A stretch of DNA of 64,000 bases, taken from positions 30,628,001 through 30,692,000 of the forward strand of contig JBHGNT010000001.1 in assembly GCA_043228905.1 (NCBI GenBank), read 5' to 3'. The position numbers and the translations under genes were made by a program. This DNA is from Azolla caroliniana (Eukaryota; Plantae; Polypodiophyta). The notes under the pieces are model-generated. The model was not told the origin of the DNA, ran no database searches, and saw only the letters and a program-made list of their open reading frames with translations. Shown here one piece after another: positions 54,349 to 64,000 of the stretch (position 1 is the first letter of the stretch; each line of letters begins with the position of its first letter).

Positions 54349-55488
54349 TTATTTAGACATCTGTTTTAGCTTTGCTTGCATGACCATTGCTACCTGCTCT
54401 GCAGTATTTGCTTTTTCATTTGCGAGCTAAAAAAAGCCAATTTAAGAACAATAAGAAAACCAAGGTAAAATACACATATTCACATAAAGAACACATGGAA
54501 TAAATACCTCAACAAGCTTGTCATGGTTGGCCTTCAAAAAGCTTATTTTCTTGTCACAGTAACTTTTTGCAGCCTCCATGGTTTTCTGGAAGAGTATAAA
54601 GTGTCAATAGAATGAAGAAAAATTCAAGAAAAATACACTTGAAAAATGGAAGAAAGCAGAGTGATACCTCCACATAATATCCCGTGCCAACATCTATTAG
54701 AAGTTTGTCTACATTTGTTATAGTACCCGGCACATACAAGGATGCAGTAAGAGGCACCAATAATTTCTTTCCTGCAAATATATTTATGAGATGAATAAAC
54801 TATTACAGTTCGGTTTATAATCAGGGTATATACACCCTAGCCCACAACATTTTTGGCAATGAAACATAGCACAACTTCTTCATACGAACATCATAAAACA
54901 CGTGATATTAATATAATCAGGAAAACCATAATTATCTTTGGCATGGCATAAACTAATACATTCTTGGTCACCTCAGCATATAAACGCAGACCTGACAGAC
55001 TCTGCGTAGCCAACTCAAGAAACTCTTCATATGGACATCACAAGGCAGTATCTTGTCACATGAAACGTGTTCTTCTCCCATAACAAAATCATCAACATTC
55101 ATCCCATTATCTTTTGCATAATGGTAATAATATGGTATTGGTCACAATGAAAAGAAAAATCTCAAAGAAATTGGTGTCACGCCGTGTCAGATTTGGAGCA
55201 CCAAAACTTTAGAGCACAGATGAGTTAAAAGAAACATACATACATGCGGAAACGGAGGGGAAAGAAAGAGAGGAAATATGAGTAGAGAGTCTTATTACCT
55301 GGAGGATTGGTGGAGAGAGTGTGCACAGATTTGGCTGCCGCTTCAAAGCGAGAGGTCGCAGTGCGGATGTTGGAGACACTGTCCTGGAGGAGGGAGAGCT
55401 CCGAGTCCACCTGTTCCTTCACCTGCCGGATCTGATCCAGGCTCATCTTCTCCACCTGCTGCTGCTGCTGCTCCTCAAGCGAAGCCAT
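54349..55488 (-). CDS. PFD5: Prefoldin subunit 5 (alpha), 4 exons
   Basis: MASLEEQ...[16 protein letters not shown]; [13 protein letters not shown]...[14 protein letters not shown]; ends QAKLKQMSK*. Confidence 0.95.
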
Positions 55489-55496
55489 CGGCAGAA

Positions 55497-55543
<47 letters not shown>

Positions 55544-56574
55544 GAATGAAAGAAAGAAGAAGGGAACAGAAAGAACGGAGTACAAAGAAATGTAGAAAGA
55601 AACGAACAGTTCTGAGAAGACGAGGAGAGGAGAGGAGAGAAGAGAAGAGAAATAATACTTACGGGAATAAATATTGTCAAAGTTTTCAAAAAACTGGCAA
55701 AAGGGCCCCTCTCCCCCCCTTCTCTCCAAACATCCTCAGTTTTATGAAGCAAAATACGCCATCCATGGCCCCCCAAAACAAAGTTTTCCAGAAATTTACT
55801 AAGGCAGCTACTCTGGTAACGTATGAAAACTAAGGATATGTTCGGTAGCGTTGGAAAACTTTGGGATGTCCTAGCAAATGCAAAACGATTCATTGTTATT
55901 CTTGGTTTGGAGGTTTTGGAAACTTAACAATGTTCCCATAAATGCCCAAACAAATTCAGGGAAGTTTATGGTTTTGAGTGTTTGAAAACTTAAAGATGTT
56001 CCAGCAAATGGGCAATGACTTTCAATCTAGGTTTTTTAACTTTTATGTTTAGGGTTAATGGCAATATAGTTGCAAGAGTTTACATTTAGGATTTACTTTC
56101 AAGTTCAGAGATTAAATCATTTAGATTGAGATAATTTATTATTTAAATAAAGATGTTGCTCAATGTTTACAGTGCTAACTCTTAAGGTTTACAATTTACA
56201 AAGTTTGCACTTCCACAATTTTTAAGCCCTCATTTTCAAATGTAAAGGTTAATACTTAGTTTGGGGTGTTACTGGTTGAAGGTTCTGGCACATAGGATAG
56301 ATGATTTCAAAGTTAAGCTACAGTCATAGTGAAGCACAAAAGCATGCATGAAATCAGAAACTATTTTACCAATCAATTATCGTCATATTTCCAAAGTAGA
56401 GATATTGAGAATTGGTGCTCACTGTTTGGAAGGTCAAGCACTTCGAAAAAAGAATTTTATGCATGAGAGGATATATTCTGATTTACTAACTACAAAATGA
56501 CAATTAATCTGCTCAGTTAAATCAACAGGAAAATGCCATAAACAAAACTTTCGTGGACATTATGATATAGACTG

Positions 56575-59500
56575 TTAAGCATCAAATAGACTCGTCAACA
56601 CTGATGAGGATTCAGATTGAACAGTTAATTCTTCATGATCTAACGGCTCTCCATCCAACCAATCTGTGGTGGATTTCTTTGATTTCCGCATTTCAGCAAC
56701 CATTTCCGGTGACTCAGAGCAAGCAACTCTTTGTGTTTGCTTTGATGGCCGCTCTGCGACCACAAATTTAGGTCCATCTCGTTGCCTCTCATCAAATCCC
56801 GCCCATACTGTCAAAAAACAAGTTTGCATTGATACATATTTAGCTAGCAAGTGAAAGTACATCCAACTATGTATATTGATCAAATACTTCGTAGAAGCAA
56901 AAAATCTGAAGGGCCAAAGCTGGCCTATGAGACAAAACATGTATGATGTACATGAGTTTTTGTTCTCTGAGAATCCAGAACAAAATCACATGACAAGATA
57001 ACAACAGTTAAGGAAACAACGCAACAAACCAATATGTTAAAAGTTTACTGGAGGCTGAAACAGCCTATGAGATAAACCATCGACACAAGGCCCATTATCT
57101 TATTTAGTATCTAAAAGAGAGAAGCAAGGGAAAGAATGTACATAAAGAGAAAGACAGAACAAATATATGAGCTAATGCCATTAAGAGACCAAATTAATGG
57201 CCTATGAGACTGAATAAGATATTACATACTAATTCAATATAATATAATTCAATAATAACCAACAAGAGATTACATCTAGAAATGATGTCTCATATCTTGG
57301 ACAACAAGGGGACAGACAGAAAACCGACAGACAGAGATGGCATCTTTGAAACGTCCATGGGACTAGGATTGTGATCTATAGGACAGGGTCAAACCCATGT
57401 GAACATTGAACTTGGGTTCTCTAAGTTTAATCTCATCCATACAAAATGCAGGAGAGAGAAAGAGATCATGATGATGATGATCCATAAAATATAAAAAGCT
57501 CATTGAGGTAAACTGAAACTAAGTTTTTAACAAGCAAAAAAGCTACTCTTCTAGTGAACACGATGATCAGAGAAGCTATGTCATATAAGATACAACAAAA
57601 AATGCCAGTCATCCTAGTGCGTCACATTATAGACATGAAAAAGATAGATGGATACACCCATGTGTCAACTGCCAATATTAGTATACCCACCATAATAGTC
57701 TGCGTATAATTCGAATTTTAAAATCTTTCAAATTCCTAACAATAAAGGCGTAAATAGAGATTGTTAACCTGCAAAATGGTGCAGAACAATGGAGGCAGCA
57801 ACAGTGACGTTCAGTGATGCTGTTCCACCTCCATATTGTGCTATATAGATAAATGAATCACAAATAGCCATTTCCTTGTCAGAAAGACCTGTTCCCTGCA
57901 ACCGTCATTATGAGTCCCTAGATGTATGAGAGAACACAAACCTGTGAGAATAATTAGATCCATGTCTTTATATTTTCAATCCATTATCTAAGCAGGCAAT
58001 GAGAAAGTGAATAAGATCTAGAGAAAACTCTGAAATACCGCTACATTTTTAATTTATTTCTCCAAATTACCCTTGTCAATCTCCAGAAAAGAAATACAGG
58101 AGATGCATTGAGAATATAATTGCTCAAATACCACATACAGTTGGGAAAACAGGGACAATTTGACAGTATGATTAGTCAAGACGACAACATAATTGCTTGA
58201 ATGGGGTTGAATAAAGAAAAACTTGGGCATTCTGGAGTTTCTTCCGAAGATCTATAGCTTGTGCATCACAGAATATATACTCTTTGCCAGTATCGGAAGA
58301 AAAAAGGAACTTAAGACTTGAGGAGCTCAAAACAGAAAGATTCTACCTCATTTCCAAGCAGGAAAGCTGTACTGCAGGTAAATGGATGTGAATGAACAGG
58401 CTTCGCATTATCTTTGATTTCAACTCCGATTATGTCACAAGATTTCTCCTGAGAAAAGGGCAGGTAAGGAAAAACAAAACGAAATTGCAAAACAATGAGA
58501 GCCACAAGAAATAGCTGTAAGAGGAAGCAGAAGGAACAAGGTGAAACAAAGCGAGAATAAATCAATAAATGAGAAGTATGATTACGTAGAGTGAGAAAGA
58601 AAGATATATTAACATCTTTTAAGATGCCAGTATGGCCTATAAGACCAAACAAGAGATTACATCTTAAAGTGTTCTTTTGTCTTTGAGAACCACAAACCAA
58701 AATAAGTGTAACTAAATAGAATTATAAGTGACTAAAGAATGTCATTTTTTTCACAAGTAAGATATTCACGTCACACGGATTGTAAGTTTTGTCTTCAAAA
58801 GAACTCTAGCATAGGTCAACCCAAAATGGAGAGATTACTGAAGCAAGGGAAGCACTACAATGGTGGGAAATAATGACCTTCATCTGTCAATGACAAGGGT
58901 GGCAAGATTGTGTTCACAAGGTTGGGGCCAATGTAGACGACAAATTTCTATTGATCGATCCATTTTACCCTTTTGTAAAGTGGTCGGGAGCTTGTAGCAT
59001 GAGTGGGAGTGACATGGCTAAAGAAAACTGTGATTGTTCATTTTTAATGAGATTTTATATTTGTATTGTTGTCTTTCAACAACTTCTCCTTGAGTCTCTA
59101 GAGTTCTATCAATCACAACGCCAAGCACCATTGGTCCTCATATTCTCCTTATCATGCAGGCAATCATTGAGAATAAAGGTCTCTCCAAATCCTTCCAGCT
59201 ATTTTCCTTGTTAAGACTTGGTACCTAGGTTTCTACTCCATATAGAAAAAGGAATAAAAACGACTGAGATGATTTTACAAGCAAAGAGCATTTGTGGTGC
59301 CATTGTCAATGATTTTGTCATTGAAAATCATGTCTGATGTCATCATATGCAAGGTACATTGAGACAACATATGATGTACATTGAGACAACATAAGTCACA
59401 TATTCTTTCCATGTTCAATATTCAGCCAACCCCCAATTTCGACTTCAAATGTCCGTGAGCCTATGAGTATCAGTGTGATGCCACCACATCTCTCACTTGG

Positions 59501-60002
59501 GCAACGGTGTCCAGATATGAGCTTGGCCTTGGTAAACTGCCCTTTGGTAAGTTATCCAATATTGATTATTAATGTGGCAGCAATACTATTCAAACTTAGC
59601 TCTATGTTCAGTTGTTCTCCATTTCATGCAAAAGGCTTCCAATGTGGCTGAATGAAAACATGAACTTATGTTCTCCTGTCCCTTTCTTTTACTCTACACG
59701 CATGTCCACATATTCTTTGACATACCCAACTACTTGCAAAAACGGCTAAATTGACATATGTCAACTCCAAGGTATTTGGAAACTGTAAAACCACTTCAAC
59801 TGCCCCCCTCTTCATAGCGTACAGCCAACCAGATGCCCAGTTTCAGATGTGGCGGTGATTATCACCATGACAGGAGTGAGTGAGTGTTTGTTTACCATGT
59901 GCTATAACACAAAAGATGAAAACAGTCTTTGAAGAGATGAAGAAAAAGAGAATTATTAGGATGTCAAATTTTCATTTTGAAGATGCTGCTCATGAAGAAA
60001 AA

Positions 60003-60033
<31 letters not shown>

Positions 60034-60311
60034 CATATTAAGGGAAAGTAGAGATATAACATGGTAGAGATTATTACCTTAAGGTAGGATCGAGCATCGA
60101 GGAGGGAGAAGAAGTGGCGGAAGCGGAGGAAGGGGGCGGAGCCATGGCTGCCGAAGGCGTTGAAATCCTTGTGCTTCCCAACAAGAATCATTTCCGACAC
60201 GCCAAATGCACTGGCACTCCTCACAAGCGTCCCCACGTTATGCCGCTTTGCAACGTTATACACGATCACAAAGCTCTCAATGTGCCCACCACCACCACCA
60301 CCATGGCTCAT
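56575..60311 (-). CDS. SpoU/TrmH-family (SPOUT) tRNA/rRNA 2'-O-methyltransferase, 4 exons
   Basis: VYNVAKRHNVGTLVRSASAFG (motif 1), FLLGNEGTGLS (motif 2), QYGGGTASLNVTVAASI (motif 3). Approximate exons 60311-60078, 58448-58347, 57895-57769, 56808-56575. Confidence 0.93.
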
Positions 60312-60652
60312 CTCCGTCTCTGTCTCTCTGTCTCTGTCTCTCTCACTCCCTGGACCGTCACCAGTACACAGTGCTTACTCACTGAGGTGTATAAGCTATG
60401 AGTACGCTTGTCTGTCTGTCTGTATGTTTTGTATGTGCACACTGCATTGTATGTACATATTGGTATGTATGTATACTGTGAGAGGTTACATATGTATACA
60501 GACTTACAGTATAACAGTATGTCAGTATATGTACATATATGTATATGTATGTGTAGACAACACAACATTTTAAGATGTAATGTCTTGTTTGGTCTTATAG
60601 GCCATTTTGGCCTCTTAAAAGACACTTAAATATATCTCTTTCTTTCTCTACG
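58585..60652. repeat. ~98-bp inverted repeat pair (58585-58682 and 60555-60652), with further decayed copies at ~56920-57290
   Basis: Core atggcctataagaccaaacaaga(g/c)attacatcttaaa is 36/37 identical between the + copy and the reverse complement of the second copy. Confidence 0.9.
59300..59830 (-). mobile_element. 5'-truncated decayed LINE 3' end inside intron 1 of the methyltransferase gene
   Basis: Minus strand YEEGAVEVV..(frameshift)..KYLGVD at ~59760-59815, then IGSRTFEVEIGGW (SHxLxxExGRW-like), ERICDLC and a C..YDDIR-like motif, the typical C-terminal Cys/His region. Confidence 0.7.
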
Positions 60653-60883
60653 GTGCACACAAGTACGTATGTCTCGTACTCGTAAGTGGATGTGGGCAAT
60701 CTATCATCAACAAGGTGTTCCTTATCCCGCTTACTTTGATTTATATCAGCTCAAAGATATTTTCCTTATCATTTGCACTGGTGCCTTGTGTGTGCATGCG
60801 TGTGTGTAGATAGGCCTACCCTAGTTGAATGACATTAATCTATTGTTCATACATACATATCTTATCTGGTCATTGAACTCCAT

Positions 60884-60899
<16 letters not shown>

Positions 60900-60919
<20 letters not shown>

Positions 60920-61750
60920 ACACATTCAAGATACTTCAATAGTGTATTCATTGATTTATTTGTATCTTGGTAACAGTATGCAACAATGTGGGTACTAGAA
61001 TTTGGTTCTAGGGGTTGGCTTCTCATTTTGTAACAAGATCCAATCACAAATTCACGATGTGGGTAATCATCAATAACAAGTGTGTGTGGATAGGAGACCT
61101 AAGCCCAAGGAAGTAGTTTATAGATTTCTACTACCTACAACACCGACAAGCCAACAATCACTACCAACAACACTCAAAATGACACATCAACAAAACAAAA
61201 TCATGAGTAGGCTTCAATAATGACTTGCGGGTACATGTATCGGCTTGCAACAAGAAAATGAATTGAAATAGATATTGTATAAACTCAAATCATGTACTAG
61301 TCACCATCTCAATAATTTATGGATGGTATTTAAAACACCAAAAAACGTTGAAACCATATGAAGTCTAAAGAGTTGTTTCTCTTGTTGCACAAAGTTATCT
61401 CTTGTTGGAACACTTTCGCTTAATGACACAACCATAAACTATTTTTTCATCTACATATATATTTGAGATCTTTCAGAATTTAAAGGATCCTAGAGACAAA
61501 ATAGATTGGTGTGTGTAATATCAAGCAAGGCTTAAACTATTGTGGCAATGCTTTGCACTCTATCAAAGGTCTTAAATAATACGCCAAACATCCCCCCCAT
61601 GTCATTAATTTCTTCAACATCCAAAATACTATAACAAGTGTCATTAAGAAGTATACTATAACAAGTACAATCTATCTCCTATACAATCAATCAAAATTCC
61701 ATTAGTGACTTAAAAGTTACAATAACATCTTCCACAATGAGCTCATGTGA
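60900..61750 (-). mobile_element. Decayed LINE RT core
   Basis: Minus strand, in the correct order: FKTFDRV (DFKKAFD) ~61555-61576, VQQ...LFRLH (GVKQG..LF) ~61358-61390, LLQADT (YADD) ~61236-61253, VVEIYKL (YKYLG) ~61113-61133. Confidence 0.6.
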
Positions 61751-62166
61751 ATTCTTTAGAATTGAGGCGTGTGCAAACAAATATTTTAACATGCAAGTAA
61801 GAAGACAATTTCCTAATAACTATAATTTCTTCGACTACAATGAGTGTAATGTGTATAGAACAAGCGTTGCTATGTTCATCTTTAGAATAATTAATAAACT
61901 TACTCAGACCTCACCAAATTGAGAACAGTCCCTAACAAACAACGCCACCCATTAATAGAATTTCTATTAAACTAGGTAATTGAAAAGAGAGCTAACTAAA
62001 AAAGAAATATTATTCTGTGCTCAGCTTGAGGAAGGATCTCCATTCAACCTAAGAACTGAAGTAAACAGAAAGAGCTGGTTCGCTTCCATTACTTTTGACG
62101 TGCATTAAGAGTCAGAACCTTGACGAAAAGACCATTCTACTAACAAGTTGCAATTTCCATTACTAG

Positions 62167-64000
62167 TTACAAAGAGTCAAGCCAGGAGTCGAAGTCATCA
62201 TCCAGGTTTAATGGAGGATTAACAGAACTCAAAACATTACCATCAAACGATGACATCTCTACTCGAACATGCTCTTTACTGATTACAGTGTTATCTGCCT
62301 TTTGAGTACTCTTTGTAATTAAGAACATATTATTTTCCAGTGATGATGGTTCAGCTCGAAAAGATTCCATTGATTGCTCAAGAATCCTATCAGCTGCATC
62401 AACATTGACCATTGTTAGAGGTGTTTCATCTTGCCAAACATCAGGTTCAGCAACCTTATATGCTACAGTTCCGGTGGCTTTATACATACGAGATTCAATA
62501 GGTTTATATGCTTTAGATTCAATTGGTTTATGTCGTATTGATGTTGAAGCTTCCTTGAAAGAATGGCTATCAAGCATGTCAAGAAGGGCATCAAGTTCTG
62601 CTTCTGCCGCTTCAGGTTTGAATACTTCATCTCTCTTTGATTTTAGTTCAAGAGTCTGTTCAAATACTTCATCATTCTTCGCTTCTACTTCAAGATTCTT
62701 TTCTTGGTATGGTGTGAGGGGCTTCCAAGAAACCATTGATTCGTCTCTTTCAAAAGGTTCCAGTATCTCTTTATAAAATGATAAACCTGCACCACCATCT
62801 TGTACATGTTCTTCAAGATAAGGTGATGCCGTAGTGGGGACATTTGATGATGTTGCCATTTGTTCAGCCACATTCTCATCAATATTTGTATAACCTGTAG
62901 ATTTGAGAATCCTGTTTTCCTTGGTCTTTGCCTCATCAATTGACTCAGCCTCGTTAATTGAATCATGCTGATCAGTCTCAACATCCCTCTGAAATAAACC
63001 TAAGGATCTTAGCATTGGTAATATGCTTCCCACATTCCAAAATTAACATAGCAGTGAAATTTGAACTTTTCTACTTTCAATTCATAATCTATGCTAAGTT
63101 ATTCATCAACTCACACTAATAAAATTTAACTATCAAAATCTGACTTTTACCCTTGTAAATTCTAGTTGTGTAGCTGCCTACAATTAAAACACTAGATGAA
63201 AATGTTATCGAATTTTAAAGAGTGAGATTGATTATTCGTGGCATTGGAATAGGTTAAAAAACAATTACTTTGTACCATTCTGGGAATTATTGCAAACCGA
63301 AATACCATTTTTATGATTTTCCCTATATTATAATGCTTTCAAAATGATTAACTTCTCTGAATAAACAGTTGAATTCAATGGACACCTCACCTCTTCTACA
63401 GGAATGAACTTTGGATCAATGCAGAGCCTTTCAGCAATATTCACTTTTGCAAGCTCTTCGTCCAAAAGTTTCAAATCTAGCGAGAAAAATGCATCCTGCA
63501 ACATCATGCACAAAAAGCAATAGTCAAGTGAATAGCTTCTATATTATGAACATACATAGAGCCTCAAAAAGACCATAGCTACTGAGTCATCTATAAACTT
63601 AGGGTTTCAATTTACATAGAATATTAGTAAGCTCTTACACACCATACCACAGCAGTGAGCTGGCAAACACAAATAGATGGTTCAAACTCTAGTTTTATTG
63701 ACTTCCTGTATGCACATAACAGTATGCTTAATAGAAATAAGTTGAACCTTAATGAATCAATAGTGCCACAAACATGGCCGAAGTATGGTGGTTTCATGAT
63801 ATTTAAAAGGATACTGACCCTTTTATATACTATGGCTACCCATAAACCAATGGGTCAATGTGTTGCCTTATTGACTCTTTAAGGTTGCTTTTATGCCTAG
63901 AGCATTATACTTAAGAAACGAAGATCAGCACCTCGCCATCAAATATTCCATCTCTGCTCCAGATATTATCTGCAATAGACCCACTATTTAAAATATCCAA
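62167..64000 (-). CDS. 3' part of a CER16/RIPR (RST1-interacting, Aven-like) protein gene; 5' end lies outside the window
   Basis: Exon ~63391-63495 DAFFSLDLKLLDEELAKVNIAERLCIDPKFIP; last exon with FKPEAAEAELDALLD and terminal LDDDFDSWLDSL*, motifs recalled from CER16/RIPR homologues. Confidence 0.7.

Noticed and set aside
55225-55893. 222-aa ORF and overlapping ER/LS-rich ORFs
   Set aside because: Read-through of the (GA)n 5' UTR; only 55488-55299 is PFD5 exon 1.

Overview
Gene-dense eukaryotic land-plant nuclear DNA, most likely a fern (inferred from PLS-class PPR genes with elongated L motifs; the gene density suggests a small-genome lineage). It holds about 12 protein-coding genes: two PLS/E-class PPRs, CCT7, a peptidase-C26 glutamine amidotransferase, a Cys-rich small ORF, a P-class PPR, an RGLG copine-RING E3 ligase, an M17 leucine aminopeptidase, MSH7, prefoldin 5, a SpoU/TrmH methyltransferase and the 3' part of a CER16/RIPR-like gene. 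It also has one tRNA-Trp(CCA), a solo LTR flanked by a ~240-bp duplication instead of a short TSD, and several heavily decayed LINE fossils in the intergenic spacers. The most unusual signal recurs across genes: several introns are built from degenerate tandem copies of their own exon-intron junction (acceptor in CCT7 intron 1 and a LAP intron; donor in CCT7 intron 11 and MSH7 intron 1), leaving arrays of mostly inactivated or decoy splice sites. All identifications were made by eye, with no database searches.
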